A DNA stretch of 64,000 nt. It comes from Candidatus Cloacimonadota bacterium (GTDB lineage: Bacteria; Cloacimonadota; Cloacimonadia; JGIOTU-2). Each line of letters starts with the position of its first letter. Position 1 is the first letter of the stretch. The position numbers and the translations under genes were made by a program. The DNA lies in NCBI GenBank assembly GCA_049903315.1, contig JBNGBT010000003.1, positions 1 to 64,000 of the forward strand, written 5' to 3'. Positions 19,496 to 29,147 of this stretch are shown one piece after another. The notes under the pieces are model-generated. The model was not told where the DNA came from and searched no databases. It saw nothing but the letters and a program-made list of their open reading frames with translations.

Positions 19496-20673
19496 AGAAC
19501 ATACTCTTTCGGAAGTACAATATTTGTCACAGGGACAAGTTTGATATTATTTCCTTCAAGGTCTTTCAGTATCTGTTTCAGCTCTTCAAGACTGCCTTTT
19601 TTCGCATGAGATATGACGATGATCTTGTTTGTGCGCAAAGCAAGTTCTAATATATTTTCTGTTTTTGCAGCAACCCTGTCGGGATATTCTCCGGAATCGA
19701 GGAAGATATCTCTCTGGCAGGTTGGCACTTCCATTTCTTCTGCCAACGTGCAGCCCACAGTTTTTGCAGACGTGCGGCTGTCTATGAAGCACATATCATT
19801 CGCTTTCAGAACTTCAAGAACTGGTCTCATAACATTCTCGTGCTGTGTTGCCAGGGAACCCATATGATTATTCACACCTATGCATAAAGGAAGTTGTTTG
19901 ATAAACTTCTTCATTCTCTTTTTGATTTCATTTTCTGAAAGATCCACATAGATGGCATTTTTGCCCGGGTCGTCTTTTGGGTATGTTTCTGGTTCCATGG
20001 GAACATGTATGATGGTTTCTCTACCTTGATTATACGCTTTTTGCATGACCTCTTTACTGTACGCAAGATCAGGAAGTATCGCGAAAGTAATTGCCTTGTT
20101 AAGAGTCAAAAATTCATCAAGCAAGGATCCGCCGAAATAACCGAAATCGTCAATAATAATGGAGAGTTCTGTGATCTTGTCATAGAGCCCCTTCGTATCA
20201 TTTTTCAGGATAAGCATGTAATATTGCTTCGTTGCAGGATCGAAAATCTCCATCTCTATCTTGTTGCCGTCATCAGATTCACTCACATTGAGTATCTGCC
20301 CACCCTTTTCTTCGACCTTATCTGTAATGAAAATATTGCTGATTGTCAAGCTGAGCTGATTGGAATTTATCGTTATTTCTTTGTACGTTTTTCCTTCGAA
20401 TTCGTATGTCTTGATGAACTTATCAGGGATTTCAAGGCGCTTCAGTGCGTAGTCAATAACATTGCCGACACCCTGTACTTCCGTAGTTTCTTCCGTGACA
20501 ATAAGCGTATCGTCTTCCGGTGGTTTTTTTAGCGAGACGACAACTTGCCAGATGAAGAATACCACGATAATAAAGACTGCAACGATCAATAAACCCTTGA
20601 ATTTTAAGAGAGCGTTGTCTTCTTTCTTTTTTGAAGTTTTTTTCTTATATCGTTTGCGTTGATTATTTGCCAT
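19492..20673 (-). CDS. Divergent polysaccharide deacetylase (YibQ/DUF610) with N-terminal membrane anchor
   Basis: IIIDDFG, HVPMEP, GVNNHMGS, FIDSRT, RDIFLD. Confidence 0.9.
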   Translation of the reverse strand: MANNQRKRYKKKTSKKKEDNALLKFKGLLIVAVFIIVVFFIWQVVVSLKKPPEDDTLIVTEETTEVQGVGNVIDYALKRLEIPDKFIKTYEFEGKTYKEITINSNQLSLTISNIFITDKVEEKGGQILNVSESDDGNKIEMEIFDPATKQYYMLILKNDTKGLYDKITELSIIIDDFGYFGGSLLDEFLTLNKAITFAILPDLAYSKEVMQKAYNQGRETIIHVPMEPETYPKDDPGKNAIYVDLSENEIKKRMKKFIKQLPLCIGVNNHMGSLATQHENVMRPVLEVLKANDMCFIDSRTSAKTVGCTLAEEMEVPTCQRDIFLDSGEYPDRVAAKTENILELALRTNKIIVISHAKKGSLEELKQILKDLEGNNIKLVPVTNIVLPKEYVL

Positions 20674-20700
20674 ATAGACCTAAAATGCGCAAGCCTTTTT

Positions 20701-20723
20701 CTTTGTCAAAATTATTGACAAAG
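20701..20723. promoter_or_regulatory. Perfect inverted repeat CTTTGTCAA-N5-TTGACAAAG (back-to-back -35 boxes or an operator) between divergent operons
   Basis: 9-bp perfect inverted repeat; each half contains TTGACA. Confidence 0.5.
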
Positions 20724-20896
20724 ATTTGGACAGACCTGAACTCTGCTTAAAGAAACATGAATGGAACTGTTTATTACATGGCTGATATTAATGTTTTGCA
20801 TTATTTCTTTATAAATGATTCAAAAAACATAGATTATAATCTTGTTCGAAAGAGCACATTTTTATACAATATTAAAAAAAACATGCAGGAGGAAGC

Positions 20897-21448
20897 ATGA
20901 TTGAAATCCGTATGCATGGCCGTGGAGGCCAGGGAGCGGTTAAAGCTTCTTTTGTTTTAGCAGAAGCTGCTTTTCAGGGCGGAAAGTATGTACAGGCATT
21001 TCCCCGATTCGGTGTTGAGCGGCGAGGTGCACCCGTGGAAGCCTTTACAAGAATTGATGATAAGCCAGTACAGATCCGATCACAGATATATGATCCGGAT
21101 GGAGTTATCGTACTCGATCCGTCATTAACTGAGGTTGTTGATATCACAAAAGGGCTGAAAAAGGGAGGTTGGATATTGATCAATTCTGACAAGAAACCCG
21201 AGTTTTATAATTTTGGTGATGAGTATAAGGTTTACACAGTTGATGCGACTGATATTGCCGTTCAAAACAGACTTGGATCCCGAACAGCACCCATTGTGAA
21301 CACCGCAATTGTCGGTGCATTTGCAAAACTTACAGGTATTGTGAAAATTGATGCAGTTTTCAAGGGGATTGAAAGTTCTATTCCCCGATCTCAGGAAGCA
21401 AACAAGCGTGCTGCTAAGCAGGCTTATGATGCAATTGCGACCAGATAG
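20897..21448 (+). CDS. porC: Pyruvate/2-oxoacid:ferredoxin oxidoreductase gamma subunit
   Basis: EIRMHGRGGQG, FGVERRGAPV, NTAIVGA. Confidence 0.92.
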   Translation: MIEIRMHGRGGQGAVKASFVLAEAAFQGGKYVQAFPRFGVERRGAPVEAFTRIDDKPVQIRSQIYDPDGVIVLDPSLTEVVDITKGLKKGGWILINSDKKPEFYNFGDEYKVYTVDATDIAVQNRLGSRTAPIVNTAIVGAFAKLTGIVKIDAVFKGIESSIPRSQEANKRAAKQAYDAIATR

Positions 21449-21461
21449 AAAGGATGTGAAT

Positions 21462-21767
21462 ATGGTTATAAAGTTTCAGAAGAATGATAAGCCGGTTATC
21501 ATCACCGGAGCGAAAGATATGCCTCCAATGGGTGCGTCTCTTGGTTCGATGCTTCAGAACAAGACGGGCAGTTGGCGCAATGTGCGACCGATCATCGATT
21601 ATGAAAAGTGTATAAAGTGCTTCATCTGCTGGAAAATTTGTCCCGAACCTGCAATTGATATAAAGGATGAACTTCCCGTTATCAATTATGATTATTGCAA
21701 AGGATGTCTTATGTGTATGGAAGAATGCCCTAAAGAAGCGATCAGTTACGAAAAGGAGGGCAAATGA
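21462..21767 (+). CDS. porD: Pyruvate/2-oxoacid:ferredoxin oxidoreductase delta subunit (2x[4Fe-4S])
   Basis: KTGSWR..RP, CIKCFICWKICP, CKGCLMCMEECP; start moved to the ATG after AAAGGA. Confidence 0.92.
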   Translation: MVIKFQKNDKPVIITGAKDMPPMGASLGSMLQNKTGSWRNVRPIIDYEKCIKCFICWKICPEPAIDIKDELPVINYDYCKGCLMCMEECPKEAISYEKEGK

Positions 21768-22912
21768 AAAAGACAATGATGGGAAATTTTGCTGCATCAT
21801 GGGGTGCACAGCTAGCTCGGGTGCAGGTCATTGCTGCATATCCGATCACACCCCAGACACTCATCGTAGAGAAATTATCAGAGATCGTTGCAGATGGTGA
21901 GCTTGATGCGAAATTCATCAAAGTGGAGTCAGAGCACTCTGCAATGGCAGCATGTATCGGTGCATCAGCAACCGGTGCGAGAGCATATACTGCGACCAGT
22001 GCTCAGGGTTTGGCTCTCATGCATGAAATGCTGCACTGGGCGGGACTTGCACGTCTGCCAATAGTCATGACAAATGTGAATAGGGCAATGGCACCAGGTT
22101 GGTCTATCTGGGCAGATCAGAATGACAGCTTGTCCCAAAGAGATACTGGTTGGATGCAGATCTATGCATCAAGTGCCCAGGATATTCTTGATTCAACAAT
22201 TATCGGATATAAGGTAAGCGAGAAGGTGTTGCTCCCAACACTCATATCTTTTGATGCTTTCTTCCTTTCTCACACTGTGGAAGTGGTTGATATGCCCGAT
22301 ATCGAGCTTGTTGATAAATATCTTCCGCCCTATAATCCAGAATATAAGCTGGATGTAAATGATCCCCGTTCATTTGGTGCGCTCACTGACGAACAATACT
22401 ATTATGAATTCCGTTACAAGATGCAGGAAGCTATGGATGAAGCAGTGGATGTCATCAAACAAGCCGGCAAAGAATATGAAGAACTTACCGGAAGATTATA
22501 TAAACTGGTACATCCGTACAGATGCGAAGATGCAGACTTGATCCTTGTCACGTCAGGCACGATTGCCGAGACTACTAATGTGGCTGTTGATGAACTTCGT
22601 GCAGAAGGCAAAAAGGTCGGTAATTTACGAATTCGTGTGATCCGTCCCTATCCTAAGAAGGAAATCCTTGAAGTAGTCAAAGGTGTAAAAAAACTTGCAG
22701 TGATCGACAGGAACATTTCTCCGGGTTATTCCGGTATTTTCTCCCAAGAGTTGAAATCTGCATTATACAATGAAGTTGATATTCCGATGCGGTCCTATAT
22801 TGCAGGACTTGGCGGACGAGATGTAAAAGTTGTGGATATAAAAGATATGGCAAATGATGCACTCAAAAATGATACTCCAAATGATTTAATATGGAAAGGA
22901 GTTAAACTATGA
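21764..22912 (+). CDS. porA: Pyruvate/2-oxoacid:ferredoxin oxidoreductase alpha subunit
   Basis: AYPITPQT, VESEHSA, TATSAQGL, GLGGRD. Confidence 0.93.
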   Translation: MKKTMMGNFAASWGAQLARVQVIAAYPITPQTLIVEKLSEIVADGELDAKFIKVESEHSAMAACIGASATGARAYTATSAQGLALMHEMLHWAGLARLPIVMTNVNRAMAPGWSIWADQNDSLSQRDTGWMQIYASSAQDILDSTIIGYKVSEKVLLPTLISFDAFFLSHTVEVVDMPDIELVDKYLPPYNPEYKLDVNDPRSFGALTDEQYYYEFRYKMQEAMDEAVDVIKQAGKEYEELTGRLYKLVHPYRCEDADLILVTSGTIAETTNVAVDELRAEGKKVGNLRIRVIRPYPKKEILEVVKGVKKLAVIDRNISPGYSGIFSQELKSALYNEVDIPMRSYIAGLGGRDVKVVDIKDMANDALKNDTPNDLIWKGVKL

Positions 22913-23784
22913 GATTAACGATACCCGAACAAGAAATCATGACTCCAGGTCACCTTGCATGCCAAGGTTGTGGAGGTTCTCTTGCAATGCGTTATGCACT
23001 GAAGGTCTTTGGTAAGAACACGATGCTTTCCATCCCCGCGTGCTGCTGGGCTGTGATAGATGGTGCTTTTCCATATACTGCCGTGAACGTACCTTTATTT
23101 CACACTGCATTTGAAACTGCTGCAATTATGGCGTCAGGAATAAAAGCAGGTCTTATGGTGCAGGGAAAAGATACCACAAATGTCGTTGCCTGGGCTGGCG
23201 ATGGCGGAACATTTGATATTGGCATACAGGCAATCTCCGGAGCCGCAGAAAGAAATGATGATATTACCTATATTGTGTATGATAATGAAGCATATATGAA
23301 CACGGGTATACAACGCAGTTCTGCAACTCCCGAGGGTGCATGGACTACAACAACCCCTGTCAAGCACTACAAAAAAGGACCAAAGAAAAACATGATCGAG
23401 ATCATGGCAGCTCACCGTATTCCTTATGCGGCAACTGCATCGGTCGGATATCCGGAAGATTTTTGTAAAAAGCTAGAAAAGGCAAAGAACACAAAGGGTT
23501 TTAAATTCATACATGTACTCGCACCCTGTCCCACGGGCTGGAAGGCTGATCCAAGATATACTATTAAACTTGCGAAGCTTGCAGTTCAAACAAATTCTTT
23601 CCCGCTTTATGAAATAACAGATGGAATTCACTATAAACAAAACCTTAAAGTAAAAGAACGAAAACCCATCAAAGAATACTTCCAGTATCAGGGAAGGTTT
23701 AAACATTTGCACGAAGATGAAGTGCAGCACCTTCAGGATTTTATTGATGAAACCTACGGACTTTTAGAAACGAAGTTCGAATAA
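22909..23784 (+). CDS. porB: Pyruvate/2-oxoacid:ferredoxin oxidoreductase beta subunit
   Basis: ACQGCG, AGDGG, DNEAYMNTGIQRS, PCPTGW. Confidence 0.93.
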   Translation: MRLTIPEQEIMTPGHLACQGCGGSLAMRYALKVFGKNTMLSIPACCWAVIDGAFPYTAVNVPLFHTAFETAAIMASGIKAGLMVQGKDTTNVVAWAGDGGTFDIGIQAISGAAERNDDITYIVYDNEAYMNTGIQRSSATPEGAWTTTTPVKHYKKGPKKNMIEIMAAHRIPYAATASVGYPEDFCKKLEKAKNTKGFKFIHVLAPCPTGWKADPRYTIKLAKLAVQTNSFPLYEITDGIHYKQNLKVKERKPIKEYFQYQGRFKHLHEDEVQHLQDFIDETYGLLETKFE

Positions 23785-23802
23785 TAGCGATAGTTAATTA
23801 TT

Positions 23803-23838
23803 ATTCCCTCTTTTTTTATTGAAAGAGGGAATTTTTTT
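23803..23838 (+). terminator. Intrinsic terminator of the por operon
   Basis: ATTCCCTCTTT/AAAGAGGGAAT stem followed by a T-tract, 19 nt after the porB stop. Confidence 0.8.
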
Positions 23839-23857
23839 AAAAATTTTAAACAAAAAC

Positions 23858-23886
23858 TTGACACGGTTTTTTATAGGACAACTAAT
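23858..23886 (+). promoter_or_regulatory. Putative sigma70 promoter (TTGACA-17 nt-ACTAAT) with A-tracts upstream
   Basis: Consensus -35 at 23858-23863; weak -10; no + strand ORF downstream. Confidence 0.45.
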
Positions 23887-23889
23887 CAG

Positions 23890-23956
23890 GGTCCTCATAA
23901 TTCCCTCCTTTACTCTTAGTAGAGTCGAGCCGCTTCCCCGGCGGCTCGTTTTTTTT
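23890..23956 (+). ncRNA. Putative ~65-nt small RNA with anti-SD/anti-AUG seed
   Basis: CATAATTCCCTCCTTT, then ACTCT/AGAGT hairpin, then CGAGCCGC/GCGGCTCG stem and T-tract. Confidence 0.45.
23926..23956 (+). terminator. Strong GC-rich intrinsic terminator oriented on the + strand
   Basis: CGAGCCGC-TTCCCCG-GCGGCTCG followed by 8 T. Confidence 0.8.
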
Positions 23957-26336
23957 ATATATCACAATCAAGAATTTCCTTCTCAGATACGATAGTTTTG
24001 ATCTTCAAAGTAGTACCTCCATATGTAAAGATCACTGCCCCGTCCAAGTCCGTTCGAAATAGTTGTTCAGTACAATTCTCTATCCTCACAATGACCTCTT
24101 TGTTAGGATGATCGTATCTGTTTTTTGTTCCAACAGAAATTACTGCATATTCCGGGGAAACATGCTCCAGGAATTCATAAGTTGAAGAACTATTACTGCC
24201 GTGATGTCCTACTTTTAAAAGATCCGAGTCCAATTTATTTCCCCAATTTTCAATAAGGATTTCTTCCACTTCTTTCTCCGCATCTCCAGTGAATAGCATA
24301 GCAAAATCACCATACTCAGCTTTTAGTACAATTGAGTAGTTATTAACATTAGTTTCATTTCTATATTCGTAGGCAGGATGTAATATTTTTAATTTCACAG
24401 GATTGAATTCCTGAAACACAAGAGAAGTATCTGCATATATTACTTCAATATTATTTTCTTCAAGAGAAGACAAAACATTATCATACAAAGTGGACTCATA
24501 TTCACAACGTGGAATCAGCGCTTTATCAATCCGGATCTGACTTATAACTGTTTGAGCTCCCCCGATGTGATCCGCATGAGGATGAGTGAGGATGAGGAGA
24601 TCAATGTTCTTGATGCCGAGAGCTTTAAAGTATGGAACAACAACCATTTCTCCGTAGTCTTTTTGCATAGTTTTATCACCGGTATCGATAAGTATAGTTT
24701 TGCGAGCAGGTGTATGGATAACGATCGCATCACCCTGTCCAACATCCAGAATAGTGATCTCGAAATTTCGTTCCCTCAAGAATCCTGGTATCACGAGAAT
24801 AATTATTATCAAAATGGAAAAGGAAAGAAATTTATAGAGTTTTATCTTAGAAATGTCCGAATGTTTCCAAAGAAGTATAAGCATGAGCAGTACTGCATAT
24901 AGTGAAAGGATTTGAAAACTGTTCAGATAGAGAAAATCGAACAGAAGAATTTTGTGTAAGGCAACAAATCGAGAAATCGCAAAAACGATGAAAAGCAACA
25001 ATTTATTTGCTGCTGCATATACAGCACAAACTGCTGAAATGGGAAACAAGATTGAAAGAATGGAAAGCGGAAGCACAAGTGAGATAAGGGGTATCGCTAT
25101 CACATTTGCAATTATTCCGCCCAGTGCAAGTGTATGGAAATAATGAATAGTAAGCGGCGCAAGCACTATCTGAACCATCAGACTCAGAAGCACAAGATTC
25201 AATAACCAGAATAATTTTTTATGATTTTTCCGAAGCGGATTTAATTTGCGAGAAAGATACTGAAAAATCACAAGAATGGCGAAAACTGATATAAAAGAAA
25301 GCTGAAAGCCGACGCTGAATAACTGCAAGGGATTTATCACGAGAATAATAAAACCTGCAGCAAAGAGAATATTTATTGTGCTGATCCGTTTTTGCAATAT
25401 CTTTGCAAGAAGCACCAAACTTATCATGATCACTGCACGCTGCACAGAAGGCACTGCATGAGCAAGCAGCATGTAATAAATGAGTAATACTATTGTAAGA
25501 ATTCGAGCTGCGGTGCGATTTCTGAACACTATCTGGAAAATCGTTAAAAAGATGAGCGCAATCACGCCGGTATGCAAGCCGCTGACAGCAAGAATGTGTG
25601 ACAATCCGGATGAAGCAAAATCCTGTCTCAATTGAGGAGGTAGGGAACTTTTTTCACCAAGCAGAATCGCTTTCAAGAAACCGGAATATCCCGATGTATA
25701 GAATTTGTTGATTCGGTTTCTTATCCAATTTCTGGGCACAACTATCAGATAATAATAGAGATCTTTTGATCTTTTTGTGAGAGTGTAATCCGCTTTATAG
25801 AGGTAAGAAAGACCGTGAATATTATTATTCTCAAGATATTCCTGATAATTAAAACTGAATGGATTATTGTTTTTAAGTGGTCGAAATATCGTGCCCCGGT
25901 ATGCAATATGATCTCCATAAGAAGGAGCAGTGTCGGGATTGGCATCTTTTATCGTGAGGAGAATATTTCCCTGCACAGGAACACCTTCAAGTTCAGTAAG
26001 CTTAATCAAACATGATATCTTGCTGGGAGATTCTTCGGGTTCTTCAACAATGTCTCCTTCAATATGAACTTTCTCAATCCCAAGATGATCAATGAAATGT
26101 GCAATATGGTGTTCCGGAAGAAGCTTATATATATGAAATCTGAACATCCCAAAAAGAACCAACAAAACAAAGATTAGAAAGAACGGCTTTTTCCTAAAAA
26201 TGAGGAGAAGCGCTGTAATAAAAACAAGTGTAATAGCAACAGAAAGTGTTGGAAGTTGGAGATATGAACCCAGAAGTAATCCTATAATAAAGCATGTAGT
26301 AATAGGAATAAAAGGATGATCGAATATCTTCCTCAT
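23955..26336 (-). CDS. comEC: DNA internalization competence protein ComEC/Rec2
   Basis: HILAVSGLH, GFQLSF, DVGQGD, THPHADHIGG, FTGD, KVGHHGS. Confidence 0.95.
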   Translation of the reverse strand: MRKIFDHPFIPITTCFIIGLLLGSYLQLPTLSVAITLVFITALLLIFRKKPFFLIFVLLVLFGMFRFHIYKLLPEHHIAHFIDHLGIEKVHIEGDIVEEPEESPSKISCLIKLTELEGVPVQGNILLTIKDANPDTAPSYGDHIAYRGTIFRPLKNNNPFSFNYQEYLENNNIHGLSYLYKADYTLTKRSKDLYYYLIVVPRNWIRNRINKFYTSGYSGFLKAILLGEKSSLPPQLRQDFASSGLSHILAVSGLHTGVIALIFLTIFQIVFRNRTAARILTIVLLIYYMLLAHAVPSVQRAVIMISLVLLAKILQKRISTINILFAAGFIILVINPLQLFSVGFQLSFISVFAILVIFQYLSRKLNPLRKNHKKLFWLLNLVLLSLMVQIVLAPLTIHYFHTLALGGIIANVIAIPLISLVLPLSILSILFPISAVCAVYAAANKLLLFIVFAISRFVALHKILLFDFLYLNSFQILSLYAVLLMLILLWKHSDISKIKLYKFLSFSILIIIILVIPGFLRERNFEITILDVGQGDAIVIHTPARKTILIDTGDKTMQKDYGEMVVVPYFKALGIKNIDLLILTHPHADHIGGAQTVISQIRIDKALIPRCEYESTLYDNVLSSLEENNIEVIYADTSLVFQEFNPVKLKILHPAYEYRNETNVNNYSIVLKAEYGDFAMLFTGDAEKEVEEILIENWGNKLDSDLLKVGHHGSNSSSTYEFLEHVSPEYAVISVGTKNRYDHPNKEVIVRIENCTEQLFRTDLDGAVIFTYGGTTLKIKTIVSEKEILDCDI

Positions 26337-26356
26337 AATGCGCCAATCATAAATTC

Positions 26357-27487
26357 TTAGTAGTTTGTATAAATCTTTTCTTTTATTTCTTTATCTTTCT
26401 CAATAATTGTTTCAAGATCAGGATTGTGAATATTTGACGCGCTAAGCTCTTTCTCTACGATTTTCGGGATGTCTATAAAATGAATTCTTTCCTGAAGAAA
26501 GAGGGTGACCGCAGCTTCATTTGCAGCATTGAAAATAGTGGGCATGATGCCCTCTTTTTGACCGACCTCAAAAGCCATGCCAAGCAGAGGGAATTTCTCA
26601 AAATTTGGCTTGTAGAAGGTCAACTCGTGGATCTTCGCCAGATCTGTATTTTGAGCAGTCGCATCAAGTCTGTCCGGGTAACTCAGCGCATATTGGATCG
26701 GGAGCTTCATGTCTGGGAAACTCATCTGGGAGATGATAGAGCCGTCTATATACTCAACCATCGAATGGATAACAGATTGCGGATGTATGAGCACCTCGAT
26801 TTCGTCATAAGATACATCAAACAAGTGATGTGCCTCGATAATTTCCAATCCCTTGTTTGCCATCGTGGCAGAATCGATTGTGATCTTATCTCCCATAGCC
26901 CAAGTTGGATGCTGAAGCGCATCCTTAAGTGAGATGTTTTTGAATGCTTCAATTTTCAGATTTGAAAACGGACCGCCTGAAGCAGTGAGTATTATTCTGC
27001 GCACCTGGGATTTGTCCTGCGCACCTTCGAGACACTGCATGATCGCACTGTGTTCGCTGTCCACAGGAATAATCCTGCAATTATTTTCTCTGGCAAGTTC
27101 TGTAATAATATCACCTGCCATTACGAGTGATTCTTTATTTGCAAGTGCGACAGTATGACCTGTTTTCAGTCCTGCAACAGTGTATTTCAAACCCGCTGAG
27201 CCGACAACTGCATTGAGCATGATATCATAATCAATATCCTCCAAAAGAGATAGAAGTGTATCTTCTCCATGATGGATATTACCGGCATTTTCTGATCTGG
27301 TGATACCGTTCTCCCCCGTGATTACAAAATGATCTATCGGAATCTGATTGTTATAATTCAGGAGCTCGTCTATCCGGCTGTGCGCAGATGCAAGCACGAT
27401 CTTGAACTTATCAGGATGTCTCTTCACAACTTCTATTGTTGACTGTCCGATCGAGCCGGTTGCGCCGAGTAATGCGATTTTTTTCAT
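26357..27487 (-). CDS. dxr: 1-deoxy-D-xylulose-5-phosphate reductoisomerase
   Basis: LGATGSIG, LANKESLV, PVDSEH, LTASGGPF, KITIDSATMANKGLE. Confidence 0.97.
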   Translation of the reverse strand: MKKIALLGATGSIGQSTIEVVKRHPDKFKIVLASAHSRIDELLNYNNQIPIDHFVITGENGITRSENAGNIHHGEDTLLSLLEDIDYDIMLNAVVGSAGLKYTVAGLKTGHTVALANKESLVMAGDIITELARENNCRIIPVDSEHSAIMQCLEGAQDKSQVRRIILTASGGPFSNLKIEAFKNISLKDALQHPTWAMGDKITIDSATMANKGLEIIEAHHLFDVSYDEIEVLIHPQSVIHSMVEYIDGSIISQMSFPDMKLPIQYALSYPDRLDATAQNTDLAKIHELTFYKPNFEKFPLLGMAFEVGQKEGIMPTIFNAANEAAVTLFLQERIHFIDIPKIVEKELSASNIHNPDLETIIEKDKEIKEKIYTNY

Positions 27488-27490
27488 GAT

Positions 27491-28309
27491 TTATCCTATC
27501 AAAGTAAAATAGAAATATAAGAATGGCACGCTTATCAGCAGACTATCAAACCTGTCGAGTATGCCGCCGTGTCCCGGAATGAGATTGGATGAATCCTTCA
27601 CACCGAAATCGCGCTTGAGATTGGACTCAACAAGATCTCCCAACTGCCCGAGAAATCCTACAATGATGCCATAAGCCACAATGTCTTTCCACGAGTAAAG
27701 CACGAAATATCCGAATATAAGATACACAAGCTGATTGAGCAGATACGTACCTAAAAAAGCTGTAATAAAACCCGCAACGAATCCTTCGATTGATTTGTTC
27801 TTGCTCGCACGGAAGATGTTTTTATGCTTCCCGAATTTGACGCCAAGAAAGTACGCTGCAGAGTCCGTGAGCCAAATACATCCATAAAGTATGATAAGGA
27901 GAAATTTTCCATGCTCGAGATTCCGCACAAGAAAGAGGAAAGATAGCAGCAGGGGAATGTACATCAACGAAAACATACTATAAGATATTTTTTCAACAGC
28001 ATGGATTTCCTTGTTTGCAAACACATCCCATGCAAAAAGCACAAGGAGGAGCAAAATAAGTAATGGAGTAATGTACTGTAACCCGAAAAAAAATATAGAC
28101 CATGTGAGCAACAGTCCGCAAATTATCAGGATAGGAAGATGGAGTTTCACGTCTTTGTGATCACGTGCGAGGAAAGAGAATTCACGAATGCCAAGTATGG
28201 TGACAAGAGAGAGCAGAATTTGAAGAGGATAGCCGCCAAACCAAGCACATACAAGCATTATCGGACCATAAACCAGTGAACTCAGGACTCTTACAATTGC
28301 CTTTTTCAT
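27491..28309 (-). CDS. cdsA: Phosphatidate cytidylyltransferase
   Basis: DSAAYF.G, KSIEG, GDLVESNLKR..GVKDSSNLIPGHGGILDRFDS; start moved to MKKA. Confidence 0.95.
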   Translation of the reverse strand: MKKAIVRVLSSLVYGPIMLVCAWFGGYPLQILLSLVTILGIREFSFLARDHKDVKLHLPILIICGLLLTWSIFFFGLQYITPLLILLLLVLFAWDVFANKEIHAVEKISYSMFSLMYIPLLLSFLFLVRNLEHGKFLLIILYGCIWLTDSAAYFLGVKFGKHKNIFRASKNKSIEGFVAGFITAFLGTYLLNQLVYLIFGYFVLYSWKDIVAYGIIVGFLGQLGDLVESNLKRDFGVKDSSNLIPGHGGILDRFDSLLISVPFLYFYFTLIG

Positions 28310-28313
28310 ACTT

Positions 28314-29033
28314 CTATACTCCTCCAAATCGGCGTGCACGTGTCTGAAAATCAATAATTGCCTGAAGGAATTCTTCTTGAGAAAAATCAGGCCAGAGGGT
28401 TTTTGTGAAGTACATTTCGGAATAGGCGATCTGCCAGACGAGGTAATTGCTGACCCTCAATTCTCCGCTTGTACGGATAAGTAGATCGGGGTCGGGAATA
28501 TCTTTTGTATATAAATAATTCGGGAAATCTTCCAACGTAATTGAATCTCGTTTTTCCCTGAGGAGTGTGTTTATGCCTTCAATAATTTCCAGTCTGCCAC
28601 CATAATTAACTGCCACAAGTAGATGAAGTCCTGTATTATCCTTGGTCATCTCATACGCATCATCCATTTTTTGAGCAAGTGAATCAGAAATCCCATCTCG
28701 CGATCCAATAAATTTGATGACCACATTGCTCTCATATAGTTCCCTTATCTCTTTCATAAGCGTATTCTCAATGAGTGTGAGTACTGCTTTCGGTTCGTTA
28801 TTCGGGCGTTTCCAGTTTTCTGTTGAGAATGCGTAGATAGTAAGATAATTCAACCCGATCTCACCGGACGCTTTCACAATGCGCTTTACTGCCCGGGTTC
28901 CCTCATAGTGCCCTTTAATGCGCGGTAGATTTTTTGATTTTGCCCATCTGCCGTTGCCATCCATAATAATTGCTATGTGCTGTGGCAGGATATTTTTTTT
29001 TACTTCTACAACGAGTTCTGATTTCGATTTCAT
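28314..29033 (-). CDS. uppS: Undecaprenyl diphosphate synthase
   Basis: HIAIIMDGNGRWA, FSTENWKRP, NYGGR, IRTSGELRVSNY, RRFGG. Confidence 0.97.
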   Translation of the reverse strand: MKSKSELVVEVKKNILPQHIAIIMDGNGRWAKSKNLPRIKGHYEGTRAVKRIVKASGEIGLNYLTIYAFSTENWKRPNNEPKAVLTLIENTLMKEIRELYESNVVIKFIGSRDGISDSLAQKMDDAYEMTKDNTGLHLLVAVNYGGRLEIIEGINTLLREKRDSITLEDFPNYLYTKDIPDPDLLIRTSGELRVSNYLVWQIAYSEMYFTKTLWPDFSQEEFLQAIIDFQTRARRFGGV

Positions 29034-29097
29034 AACGAAGATAATTGTTGCAAATGAGCTTTCTGTCTGTCAATAAATGCGTTTGTGAATGTAAATG

Positions 29098-29129
29098 AAA
29101 AAGGGACATCAAGGCGATGTCCCTTTTTT
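29098..29129. terminator. Bidirectional intrinsic terminator downstream of the Spy/CpxP-like gene
   Basis: AAAAAGGGACATC-AAGGC-GATGTCCCTTTTT. Confidence 0.85.
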
Positions 29130-29147
29130 AAGTTAGAGGGAGAGTGT

